Shown here in pieces: positions 8,171 to 16,588 of a DNA stretch of 24,950 nucleotides. The notes under the pieces were generated by a model that had not been told where the DNA came from, did no database searches, and saw only the letters and a list, made by a program, of their open reading frames with translations. A program made the position numbers and the translations under genes. The DNA is from a virus (Duplodnaviria; Caudoviricetes): IMG/VR virus record IMGVR_UViG_3300043442_000022, positions 1 to 24,950 of that record; one strand, 5' to 3'. Each line of letters opens with the position of its first letter. Position 1 is the stretch's first letter.

Positions 8171-10042
8171 TCATCGCCTGCCGTCAGCGCGAATGTCGAG
8201 TCGGGGAGCGCCCAACTGCCATGCGGTATCCAGTTGGTTGGAACTGATCTTGAAGATCATCTGCCGCCCACGCACCCGGGTGTAAATCTGTCCGGTGAAC
8301 TCCTCCGTGATGACGTAGGTGCTGCCTTTGAGAACATTCTGATTGGCACTGTCGATGACACCGGAGCCCGAGTTGTACAGCCCGTAAAGCGTCATGTTGA
8401 CGGTGGGCGATGCGGCGGTGGAGTTGCTGAAGGTCAAATCCGGCAGTACCCGCCACACAAACCCAAAATTGTGTCCGTCACCAATATCAAACTCAGAAGA
8501 TGATATGTAAGCGGCAATTGCCGCAGGTGTTCCAGTTTCATTGTCATTGAGCCCGTTCTCGTGGTAGACGATGTTGTTGCTGTAGGTAGCCGCCATCGGG
8601 TAATCCCGCAGTGCCGAGTCAAGCCATGCAGTGCGGCCCAGGGTGCCGTAGTACCAGACGTTCTCAAGGTAGTTGAAGACTACATAGCGGTCTATCGTGT
8701 TGGAGTTGGCGGAGCAGTAGAACCACCAGACCTCGTTGAACCCTTCGTTGGTGCCAGCAAAAACTTGTGCCTCTTGGCTCTTGTTGAAGTCGTTGAAGAC
8801 GTAGCGTCGCAGGTTGCAGTTGAGCGTCTGCACCCGACCATCGTAGGCGTAGAACTTGTCGATGCCCATCCAGTAAACAATACCAGAGGCGAGGGCGGCT
8901 GAGTTTTGGCTGACGATAGAGATGTTGTCGCCCAGCAGTTGCGCTCCCCAGAAGATGGGCGCATCAAGATACTGAAGCGAATACAGCGCCGAGTCGGTGA
9001 ACACCACAATTTCTTGTCGTGCCTGAATCGCTGTGACGATCTCCGAGCCGTGGGACAGGCGCAGGCTCCCGGCTTGATTGGTGGCTGAAGGAGTCCAGTT
9101 CAGCGCATCTTCTTGATCCGACCAACGGATGAGCATCGGGTCTTGTGTGCTGCTGCCGTAGTCATTGCAGCCAAAACAAAACACAAAACGATTGATGTCC
9201 GAGATGAAGGTGTAGTTTTGCACTGTAGGCACATCGGACGCACCCACTGCTGTAGCCAAGTCATACCCCCGAACACTGACACCAGTAGTGGCGTCCCAGT
9301 AGTAGATGCCGCCACCTCGGGGCCCAAAGATCAAATCTTCACCCCAATTACCTTGACTCCAAACACGAAGTTGTGTGTTGGTTGAACCTCCAAAACCCCA
9401 AGTGCCAGAACTCCACGTCCCTGCGCCCCATCCGTAAAAAGGCGCAACCAACGCAGGGCCGGTATTGATCTGATACGCCGCAACAACCGCAGCGCCACCA
9501 CCCGGAGAACCTGCAATCGCCGTGGCGTTGGGTGTTACAGACAGTTGAATGGTGTAGGTGTTGGCGTCAATGACGGTGACTTGGAACTGCTGATTCAGCA
9601 CTGCCGCAGTGACATTTGTGCCGCCACCGCCAATGTCCACGGCCCCGCTGAAAGTCACAAAATCCCCAGTCACGCACCCGTGTGCTGTATCAGTCACCGT
9701 GACCGTTGTAGATGCAGTCAGCGCAAACGGATTGTTGTTGATTGTGACCGTGGAGCGAAGCGGGGTGATGTCGTAGTAGGCGTTGTTGCCAAGGCGCTGA
9801 AGGTAATACTTCAGGTTGGTTCCAACCGCCAACAAATTCACACTTCCAAGAGTCGTCCAGTTCCAAAGCGCACGGCACACACCCAAGAAAGTATCCGGGG
9901 ACACGCGCTCCCAACCACCAATGATCTCTGGATTGCCTTGGCGGAAACGAATCTTGTCGCACTCGTACCACCCACCCTCAGTCGTGTACCGCGTGTTTTC
10001 GCGGTTGACCCCGGGCTTGAACAAAATCTTCTGGAGTGGCAT
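8171..10042 (-). CDS. Tail nozzle / packaged-DNA stabilization protein (P22 gp10 / T7 gp12-like), 623 aa
   Basis: Beta-rich, Trp/Tyr-rich, with 'PMLIRWSDQED..NW.P..TNQAG..RL', 'FYAYDGRVQTL.C' and 'FNEVWWFY' motifs. Size and position before the ejection genes fit a podoviral nozzle. Confidence 0.7.
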   Translation of the reverse strand: MPLQKILFKPGVNRENTRYTTEGGWYECDKIRFRQGNPEIIGGWERVSPDTFLGVCRALWNWTTLGSVNLLAVGTNLKYYLQRLGNNAYYDITPLRSTVTINNNPFALTASTTVTVTDTAHGCVTGDFVTFSGAVDIGGGGTNVTAAVLNQQFQVTVIDANTYTIQLSVTPNATAIAGSPGGGAAVVAAYQINTGPALVAPFYGWGAGTWSSGTWGFGGSTNTQLRVWSQGNWGEDLIFGPRGGGIYYWDATTGVSVRGYDLATAVGASDVPTVQNYTFISDINRFVFCFGCNDYGSSTQDPMLIRWSDQEDALNWTPSATNQAGSLRLSHGSEIVTAIQARQEIVVFTDSALYSLQYLDAPIFWGAQLLGDNISIVSQNSAALASGIVYWMGIDKFYAYDGRVQTLNCNLRRYVFNDFNKSQEAQVFAGTNEGFNEVWWFYCSANSNTIDRYVVFNYLENVWYYGTLGRTAWLDSALRDYPMAATYSNNIVYHENGLNDNETGTPAAIAAYISSSEFDIGDGHNFGFVWRVLPDLTFSNSTAASPTVNMTLYGLYNSGSGVIDSANQNVLKGSTYVITEEFTGQIYTRVRGRQMIFKISSNQLDTAWQLGAPRLDIRADGRR

Positions 10043-10057
10043 GGCTATGCTTTCCTG

Positions 10058-10561
10058 TCAAGACAAGAAAAGAGCAATCTCCGCTTCCCGGCGTTTGACC
10101 AACCCGGGCAGCACCTTCCCCGCTGCGGTGACATGGTTCCTGAAGGCTTCCGCCGCACTTTCCCATTCGCCCCGGTTGGCTCTCATCCTGATCTGGCTGC
10201 GCTGCAAGCCACCTAGCCCACAGTTATAGGAAAAAGATACCAAAGCGTCAAAGCGGCCTTGATGCCCAACCACACCGGGAACAAGTCGAAGAACACCACG
10301 TTCAAAAGTTGCGACATCAGCGAGGAATAGTTCGTCAATCTCGGTCTTTGTCCAGACACGGTTGTCCTCCGGCTTGAGCGGCATTTCTTTGCGGATCATC
10401 CCCTCGTAGCCTTCCTTACGGACTGCCGGGAGACTGATCTGGTTCTGATACAGGACATGGCCGTAGCCAATCGTCCAGATGAAAGCAGGGCAAAGGTAGG
10501 GCTTGGAGCGGAACCCCTCCCACCTGTGCATCAGAGCCTCGCCCTGCTTGCTGAGTTTCAC
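10058..10561 (-). CDS. Endolysin, GH24 phage lysozyme (muramidase), 167 aa
   Basis: E15-x8-C24-x5-T30 triad (WEGFRSKPYLCPAFIWTIGYGH), 'FDALVSFSYNCG' and C-terminal 'LPGLVKRREAEIALF'. The GTG start overlaps the holin stop (GTGA). Confidence 0.92.
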   Translation of the reverse strand: MKLSKQGEALMHRWEGFRSKPYLCPAFIWTIGYGHVLYQNQISLPAVRKEGYEGMIRKEMPLKPEDNRVWTKTEIDELFLADVATFERGVLRLVPGVVGHQGRFDALVSFSYNCGLGGLQRSQIRMRANRGEWESAAEAFRNHVTAAGKVLPGLVKRREAEIALFLS

Positions 10562-11061
10562 TTCTTACTCCACTGGCGGCTTCCGAACCAGAATCCGATG
10601 ATTCCCCCGAGCATCGCCATCTCGTCGTCCGAGAAGATCAGGGAGGAATACTTCAAGACATCGTCGATGTTCTGAATCAGCCCGGGTTGGTTCCACAGGT
10701 AAAACGCCATGAAGGCATTGATTGCGACCAACTCAAAGACGAAGATGTAGGTCACGGTTGGGCGCACAGTCCCGACATAGGACGCCACCCACTTGGATGC
10801 CTTGTCCAAAACCTTTTGATCGTGTGCCAGAGCCGCCTCGGTCATCCGGGCATCCGTCTCCATCGCCACTTGCTCAGACCGAATCTCCTCAATCCGCTCC
10901 TGAGCAGCAAACCCTTGGGCAGCAAGCGCCAACTCCCGCTCCATCTGCATCTGCATCAGGCGCAACTCATGGGCTTGGTCTGCCTTGTTCTGGAAGAAGT
11001 CGAGGAGTTTGGGCAAGCCGCTGATGAGCAGACCGCCAAGGGTTGAGAAGAGTGACAGCAT
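10558..11061 (-). CDS. Holin (3TM / GTA-holin-like), 167 aa
   Basis: N-terminal hydrophobic segment, coiled coil, 'VRPTVTYIF' TM segment and C-terminal 'GIIGFWFGSR' signature. Immediately upstream of the lysozyme. Confidence 0.75.
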   Translation of the reverse strand: MLSLFSTLGGLLISGLPKLLDFFQNKADQAHELRLMQMQMERELALAAQGFAAQERIEEIRSEQVAMETDARMTEAALAHDQKVLDKASKWVASYVGTVRPTVTYIFVFELVAINAFMAFYLWNQPGLIQNIDDVLKYSSLIFSDDEMAMLGGIIGFWFGSRQWSKK

Positions 11062-11336
11062 TATTTGCCTCCTTTTGACAGACGCTCGCGCTCCTCAAGG
11101 AGCCTGACTTTGACCTGTAGTTCGTTGATATGGGTCATCAACTGCTCTTTGAGAATGGCTCGGCGCTCTGCCGAGACGGGGCTGTCGGTCGGCACACCCT
11201 CTTTCGTGATCAGCGCGGGCATCTGCCCCTCGATCCGGGTCAGCCGGTCAGAGAAGGACGACACCTGCCCAAGCAGCCACGCCAGAGCCGCCACCACGAT
11301 GGGTATGACGGCCTTGAGAACATCTGCCCACCCCAT
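11061..11336 (-). CDS. Single-TM coiled-coil membrane protein in the lysis cassette, 91 aa
   Basis: N-terminal TM segment (VIPIVVAALAWLLG) followed by a heptad-rich region. Its stop overlaps the holin ATG (TAATG). Confidence 0.65.
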   Translation of the reverse strand: MGWADVLKAVIPIVVAALAWLLGQVSSFSDRLTRIEGQMPALITKEGVPTDSPVSAERRAILKEQLMTHINELQVKVRLLEERERLSKGGK

Positions 11337-11344
11337 AGGTCACC

Positions 11345-12133
11345 TCACCATGTCCAGATATACACGGCCCCATCACCACCCCGACCGCCTCCGGTCGTAG
11401 CGTCCTCTCCAGCGCCGCCACCGCCACAACCGATACCACCACGGCCACCATTACCACCAAGTGATTCAGTTGTAGCGCCGCCGCCTCCCGCTCTACCCAC
11501 CAGAACGGGCTGAGTAAAGAAGAAGCCATCTTGCCCAGGGTTTGTACTATTGGCGGTGGCAGCGACAGAAGTCGGGTATCCATAATTCACAGCAACAGTA
11601 CCGCCTGCCGTTGCTTGAACGCCTGACCCACCGGCACCGCCAGACAAGAAAGTGGTTGCCGAAGCCGTTGTTGAAGCTTCTGCATTGGCTCCGTTCTGCC
11701 CTGCAATACTGCTGTACAAACCCGAAGAACTAAAAGATGTTGCAGCAGACGCGGCACCTGCGGTTTGACTGGCCCCACCGTTGGCGGTCAGCAAGGTGTA
11801 ACCCGTTCCATCCTTCTGTTGATAAACGACCGTGGTGTTGCCGCCCGCAGCGGCAGCAGCGCCACCAGCGCCTACGATAATTCGCAGGACATCAGGAATA
11901 AACATGGCAGGGCCAAGCCACTGAGTGACCGCGCCCGATCCACCCCCTGTACCACCCGCTGTAACCGTTCCGTTTCTTCCCCCTGCACCTGCGCCAATCA
12001 GCATGATCCTGACCATGCTTGCCCCACGGGGCTTGACCCAATTAAATACGGTCGGGGTTAGCAAAACACCGCTGCCAAAAAATTCTTGGTAGTTGGCGTT
12101 TTGTGGGGTCGGGGTATTGAATAGGTCAAGCAT
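11345..12133 (-). CDS. Glycine-rich tail fibre tip/adhesin-like protein, paralogue 3, 262 aa
   Basis: 'W.KPRGA..V.I.LIGAGAGG', many GGxG runs, C-terminal 'GGRGGDGAVYIWTW'. Confidence 0.75.
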   Translation of the reverse strand: MLDLFNTPTPQNANYQEFFGSGVLLTPTVFNWVKPRGASMVRIMLIGAGAGGRNGTVTAGGTGGGSGAVTQWLGPAMFIPDVLRIIVGAGGAAAAAGGNTTVVYQQKDGTGYTLLTANGGASQTAGAASAATSFSSSGLYSSIAGQNGANAEASTTASATTFLSGGAGGSGVQATAGGTVAVNYGYPTSVAATANSTNPGQDGFFFTQPVLVGRAGGGGATTESLGGNGGRGGIGCGGGGAGEDATTGGGRGGDGAVYIWTW

Positions 12134-12137
12134 GGCG

Positions 12138-12947
12138 TTACCAAGAAATGATTACCGCAAGACCGGGGCCGCCGGGCAAACCATATGTTGTTGTGGCGGA
12201 AGATGTAAAGGCACCATTTCCACCACATCCAAACCCTGCATACTGTGCCAACGCATTGCTTACAGTAGAGGCGCCATTAATTGATCTGCTGGTTCTGCCA
12301 TTTATGATTGGGCTGATGACGTCATAGCCCTGACCGCCCAAAGCGGTGGGATACCCATAATGCCCTGTAACTATGGCACCAGACCCACCATTGCCTCCAA
12401 TCACAAATATGTCTGTTGGCAAAGTCTGTGAAGTATTCCCTGTCGATCCGGTTTGCCCTGTAGTTCCGTTTGAAAACCCCAAGGCTCGAAACGCAGAAGG
12501 GGCCACCCCACCACCTGCGCCGCCTACAGCATCAACACTAACTCCGGGGGTAACAACAGTGGCGGTATCCCCCACAATTCCACCACCTGCCGAGAGCAAG
12601 GTGTAACCTGTCCCGTCTTTCTGTTGATAAATGACTTCAGTACTAGCCCCGTTAGTCCCCTGCCTGCGGCCACCCACCGCCACCTGCAACTGATCTGGAA
12701 TGGCGAACGCAGGCACCAGACAATTCAGCACCGACCCACTACCACCACCTCCGCCTGCTGCGCCCGCTGTTCCATCACTTGTTGCATCACCCCCAGAACC
12801 CCCTGCGCCTACCAGTGAGAAAAAGACAAAAGAAGCGCCTTGAGGTTTAGTCCAAGTTTCTTTTTGTGTGGCAGCGCTCGTTGCATTGGCAAAGAACATC
12901 TGCACATTTGCGCCTTGCGGGGTGGGGTAGTTAATTGGGTAACTCAT
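12138..12947 (-). CDS. Glycine-rich tail fibre tip/adhesin-like protein, paralogue 2, 269 aa
   Basis: 'TWTKPQGASFVFFSLVGAGGSGG', GGGGGSG, C-terminal 'GGPGLAVIISW'. Confidence 0.75.
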   Translation of the reverse strand: MSYPINYPTPQGANVQMFFANATSAATQKETWTKPQGASFVFFSLVGAGGSGGDATSDGTAGAAGGGGGSGSVLNCLVPAFAIPDQLQVAVGGRRQGTNGASTEVIYQQKDGTGYTLLSAGGGIVGDTATVVTPGVSVDAVGGAGGGVAPSAFRALGFSNGTTGQTGSTGNTSQTLPTDIFVIGGNGGSGAIVTGHYGYPTALGGQGYDVISPIINGRTSRSINGASTVSNALAQYAGFGCGGNGAFTSSATTTYGLPGGPGLAVIISW

Positions 12948-12956
12948 ACGCCACCT

Positions 12957-13583
12957 TTACCAAGATGCAATAACCACAAGTCCGGGGCCACCCGTACCAG
13001 TACGCCCACCGCCGCACCCGATACCCCCAACACCCGCTGTGCTGCCTCCTAATCCTACGATTATTGGCTGGGTAAAGAAGTTACCGTTGCCTGTGGAGGG
13101 CGTTGTGTACCCGTAATTAGCGGTCACTGTATCCCCGGTGGTATCCGCTCCGCCACTTAAAAATGTGCTTGTTGTCGCCGCCACACTGCCGGTGCTGCCG
13201 TTTTGTCCTGCTACGGAAGAAAAGAATCCGGTGGCTCCAAAGAAATTATTTGACGATGCCGTACCGCCAGTAATTGTAGACGCACCGTTTGCGGTGAGCA
13301 CGGCTACAAGTCCGCCAGTGCCACGGTAATTGACCGTGGTGTTGGATGCGTTTCCTGTAGATACAGATACCAGCAAACTGTCAGGGACATGTTGCGCTGC
13401 CCCCCACCAAGCCGTTACTGCCCCAGAGCCACCCCCTGTGTTTGAGGCATTTCCGTTTCCACCCCCGCCAATCAGGAGCATGTAGACCTGACTGCACCCA
13501 CGAGGTTTCACCCAAGTGGAGTCTCTGTAAAACATCTGCACATTGGCATTTGTTTTACTGGGGAGGTTGAAGACATCAAGCAT
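12957..13583 (-). CDS. Glycine-rich tail fibre tip/adhesin-like protein, paralogue 1, 208 aa
   Basis: 'TWVKPRGCSQVYMLLIGGGGNG', C-terminal 'GGPGLVVIASW'. Confidence 0.75.
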   Translation of the reverse strand: MLDVFNLPSKTNANVQMFYRDSTWVKPRGCSQVYMLLIGGGGNGNASNTGGGSGAVTAWWGAAQHVPDSLLVSVSTGNASNTTVNYRGTGGLVAVLTANGASTITGGTASSNNFFGATGFFSSVAGQNGSTGSVAATTSTFLSGGADTTGDTVTANYGYTTPSTGNGNFFTQPIIVGLGGSTAGVGGIGCGGGRTGTGGPGLVVIASW

Positions 13584-13586
13584 GGT

Positions 13587-13760
13587 TTAGGCCCAAGCAG
13601 GGGCGGGGGCATTTGCGTCGATACAGGTGTACTCGACCTTCTCCTCGGGGCTGATCAGAGTGCCGTCATCACGGAACACGCCGACGCACATCATTTCATC
13701 AGACATCTTTTGAAAGCCAAAAGAGCCATCCACAAATTCAATCCTGAACCAAGTAAACAT
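13587..13760 (-). CDS. Small hypothetical protein, 57 aa (possible fibre chaperone/accessory)
   Basis: Below the ORF-track size cutoff. It fills the gap exactly: ATG overlaps the upstream TGA (TGATG) with GGAG upstream, and TAA lies 3 nt before the next ATG. Sequence MFTWFRIEFVDGSFGFQKMSDEMMCVGVFRDDGTLISPEEKVEYTCIDANAPAPAWA. Confidence 0.75.
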   Translation of the reverse strand: MFTWFRIEFVDGSFGFQKMSDEMMCVGVFRDDGTLISPEEKVEYTCIDANAPAPAWA

Positions 13761-14197
13761 CAGTAGTCTCCTGCAATAGCCACCACGCTGTAACCCGTAC
13801 CGGCAGCACCCGTCGTGGTTCCGAAGGTCACATACAGCAAGTAGTTGGCTTCAAGGGCAAAGTTCAGGGGCAACTCAAACACACTGGACGCAGCAGTATT
13901 TGACAACGTCACCGCAGGCAGGGTGATTTCGTCATACAGCCAAGTGTTGGTGGCATTGGTCGTGGTGCTGGTGGAGATGAACACCCGGCAAACCGTGGCA
14001 GCGGGAGAACCCACCGGGCGGAACCGGATTTTCTGGATGTACGAACCGTTTGCGCCTGCCGTGAACAACTTGTACAGCGTTCCGGTGCCATCCTGCGCCG
14101 TGTTGGCGGTTGGGCCAACGATCAGGCCCGTGTTGTTGGCAGCAACTGAGTCAGTTGCGCCAGTGATCGAATAAATGGGAGAGGTGTTTGCGGGCAT
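13760..14197 (-). CDS. Beta-rich tail fibre-associated structural protein, 145 aa
   Basis: AAGGAG RBS. Thr/Ala-rich beta-strand pattern, ends '...VVAIAGDY'. Lies between the fibre anchor gene and the Gly-rich genes. Confidence 0.6.
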   Translation of the reverse strand: MPANTSPIYSITGATDSVAANNTGLIVGPTANTAQDGTGTLYKLFTAGANGSYIQKIRFRPVGSPAATVCRVFISTSTTTNATNTWLYDEITLPAVTLSNTAASSVFELPLNFALEANYLLYVTFGTTTGAAGTGYSVVAIAGDY

Positions 14198-14206
14198 GAT
14201 TGCTCC

Positions 14207-14707
14207 TTAGGGAAGAATACAGTTGATTGCAATGGCCCTGACAAGGCCCACTGAGGTGGTGGATGCGGTAACACTTGAAGTGATCTTGATGAAGTCACTT
14301 CCATTCCATGACACAAGCGCCTTTTCCCCGGACACCAACGTCACACCCGTTGTCGGGCCAGAACCCACCACCTTGACGCTTTGCGAGGTGGATGTGGCGT
14401 TGATGACGATGTAGGCCTTGCTCGTTGCCGGGGCGGTGATCGTCAGCAGGCTTGCCGGGTTGCCGGTGCAGTTGATGATCATGTACTGGGCTGAACCCGT
14501 GGCTCCAGACCCGGCTTGGCTCAAGGCCGACCCAGTTGTGGTGGACAGGGTTACCGCAGTTTGGCTTCCGCTGATGGTCTGAGCACCCGCCACGGATGCG
14601 TCCACATACTTGGTGATGTAGTCGTTGACCACATCGCCCCACTGGCCATTGAGTTCCCCGGTTGCCGGAAGGGCAAACCCGAGGAGGGAGGTATAGGTGG
14701 TTGGCAT
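14207..14707 (-). CDS. Short tail fibre / fibre anchor protein, 166 aa
   Basis: AGGAG RBS. N-terminus 'MPTTYTSLLGFALPATGELNGQWGDVVN' resembles phage fibre-attachment N-termini, followed by a Thr/Ser/Gly-rich beta region. Confidence 0.6.
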   Translation of the reverse strand: MPTTYTSLLGFALPATGELNGQWGDVVNDYITKYVDASVAGAQTISGSQTAVTLSTTTGSALSQAGSGATGSAQYMIINCTGNPASLLTITAPATSKAYIVINATSTSQSVKVVGSGPTTGVTLVSGEKALVSWNGSDFIKITSSVTASTTSVGLVRAIAINCILP

Positions 14708-14716
14708 CGAGTGCTC

Positions 14717-15691
14717 CTATGACGTAGGAATAACCGTCCAGTTTGGCAATTGCGTGTCGGTGACCTGCGTCCATCCGGCGGTTTGCGGGTTGCTTATATT
14801 TTGCCAATTGGCGGACTGCGTGTCATCAATAATTTCCCACAGCCTGCGTCCACCAATCTCGTCAGCCCCCGTTGCCAACTCGTTGATCGCCGCAAAGAAC
14901 TGGGCTTCCGCCGTGACTGTCTCAGCGCCTGTGGCGGATTCAGAAATGACAGGGTTTGATTCAAGGGAGGCAGACACCTGCTCTGCGCCCGAGGCCGTCT
15001 CAGACACCGAAGCACCAACCTCTACCTGCCCGCTGACCGTGTCTGCCCCGGTAGCCGTCTCATCCACACTGCTGTAGAACGCAAACGCCGCAGCCGTCGT
15101 ATCTGCCCCGGATGCCGTTTCGCTGATGTTTGAGTTCGGGTTGAACAGCGCCAGGATGGCATCCAGACCCGTGGCAGTCTCGCTGACCGCTACCCCATAC
15201 TCAGGGTTTGCACTAATCGCATCAGACCCTGACGCCGTATTGTTGACGGCACTGTTGAGTTCCGCAGAGGCAGAAACCGCATCTGATCCGGTGGCAGTCT
15301 CTGCTACGGATGCCCCAGGTTTGAACAGGGCGGAGATTGAATCAGCACCGCTGGCCGTCTCAGACACCGCCGCCGCAGGCTTGAACAGCGCAGAGATAGA
15401 GTCTGCACCCGACGCCGTCTCCGCTACGGCGGCTTCTGGCTTGAACAGGGCCGAGATTGAATCAGCGCCTGTAGCGGACTCAAGCACAACGCACTCAATT
15501 GCCCCGGCGCCAATGTCTGCCGAGATCGAGTCAGCGCCGGTCGAGGATTCACCAATGCTGCGGTCATAGACCGACATCCCCCACCCGGCTTGACCCCAAG
15601 TGCCGGAACTCCACCCGCCTTCACCCGCCGTGGATACCGGAGCGCCTGTGGCACCGAACGCTGCCCCTGCAAATGGAGCAATTCCAAACAC
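14717..15691 (-). CDS. Virion protein with 12 tandem ~20-aa repeats, 324 aa
   Basis: GTG start. N-terminal 'MFG..PFA..AF' and 'GWSSGTWGQAGWG', repeat unit ~ETASGADSISALFKPAAAVS, and C-terminal Trp-spaced repeats (LWEII..NWQNI..GWTQV..NWTVI). Confidence 0.7.
   Translation of the reverse strand: MFGIAPFAGAAFGATGAPVSTAGEGGWSSGTWGQAGWGMSVYDRSIGESSTGADSISADIGAGAIECVVLESATGADSISALFKPEAAVAETASGADSISALFKPAAAVSETASGADSISALFKPGASVAETATGSDAVSASAELNSAVNNTASGSDAISANPEYGVAVSETATGLDAILALFNPNSNISETASGADTTAAAFAFYSSVDETATGADTVSGQVEVGASVSETASGAEQVSASLESNPVISESATGAETVTAEAQFFAAINELATGADEIGGRRLWEIIDDTQSANWQNISNPQTAGWTQVTDTQLPNWTVIPTS
14860..15550. repeat. Coding tandem repeat, 60-bp period, ~12 degenerate units
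   Basis: Successive 60-nt lines align, e.g. 'ttgaacaggg..gagattgaatcagc' at ~15321 and ~15441, with 'ttgaacagcg' at ~15382. Confidence 0.85.
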
Positions 15692-15694
15692 GGT

Positions 15695-16573
15695 TTAGGC
15701 CCACCCGCCGATATTGGTGTCGCTGCCGGAAGCCCCGATTGGGTAGAAGGTGCAATAGGAGCCGATCTGGGTGGTGTAGGCACCGCCCGGCGCAGCACTC
15801 AAGGTGTATTGGGGAATGAATGTCCCACCTGCGTTGATGCTGACGGTTCCCCGGGCCTGAACATCGTAAAGCAGCACCGCTATAGCCGCCGCTCCAGACG
15901 CAGTCACATTGGTCGTGACGGTGGCAATGTTTGCTTGGTAGTTGGTAGACGCCATGAACGTGTTGACGCTACCGGCAAAGAACAAACCACGGATGTGGTT
16001 GATGATGTTGTTCACCGTGGCCGTGCCACCAAAACTAAAACCTATGGTGTGGCTTGTAGTCCCTGCCGTCTTAAGAAACGTGGCGCGAATCTCAAATGCG
16101 TAGACTGTGTTGCTCGCCAGAGTAACGCCCACACCAAAGATTTTTTGAGCGGTATTGACGTTGGCCCCAACAACCGCACTGTTGAGCCTGTAGACATACG
16201 GCATCGGCACCAAACCGCTGTTGGTGCTTGGCAGACCGGCGTAGATGTAGCCGGTGTCGGACTCAAGGACTGACCTGCTCGCGGGGGAGGTACAGAAGAC
16301 GTTCTTCGTGCCTGCGCTGAAATTTACGGCGCTGCCCCCGTTACTGGACGAGATGATCGTTGTTCGGCTCAGGGTGGTGCCACTGGCCGTGTAGGTGCCA
16401 ATACCCACCTCCCACTCCGCCGCAGCAGTGTTTGAGATGGTGTAGTAGGTCGAGTTCCCGTCACCAACGGCTGAGAAACCCTGAAACCCGGACACCGGCC
16501 CCGCTAGAGTAATGGTGCCTGTGCCCGTGGTTGTGGTCGTCTCCTGAACCCGATCTGCCAGTACGAACGCCAT
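15695..16573 (-). CDS. Tail fibre-like structural protein, 292 aa
   Basis: N-terminus 'MAFVLADRVQETTTTTGTGTITL.G...WEVGIGTY...TLSRTTI.SSSN.GS.VNFSAGTK.VFCT' is a recognisable phage fibre N-terminal module, followed by a beta-rich C-terminal domain. Confidence 0.65.
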   Translation of the reverse strand: MAFVLADRVQETTTTTGTGTITLAGPVSGFQGFSAVGDGNSTYYTISNTAAAEWEVGIGTYTASGTTLSRTTIISSSNGGSAVNFSAGTKNVFCTSPASRSVLESDTGYIYAGLPSTNSGLVPMPYVYRLNSAVVGANVNTAQKIFGVGVTLASNTVYAFEIRATFLKTAGTTSHTIGFSFGGTATVNNIINHIRGLFFAGSVNTFMASTNYQANIATVTTNVTASGAAAIAVLLYDVQARGTVSINAGGTFIPQYTLSAAPGGAYTTQIGSYCTFYPIGASGSDTNIGGWA

Positions 16574-16588
16574 CTTGCGCCCCTAGGA

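Noticed and set aside
11345-13583. Diversity-generating retroelement TR/VR pair among the Gly-rich paralogues
   Set aside because: Shared segments are short and differ at synonymous sites rather than specifically at adenines. No reverse transcriptase is in the window.
14860-15550. 60-bp periodic repeats as a possible CRISPR array
   Set aside because: The units are degenerate, vary at third codon positions, have no repeat-spacer alternation and lie in frame within a CDS. No cas genes are present.
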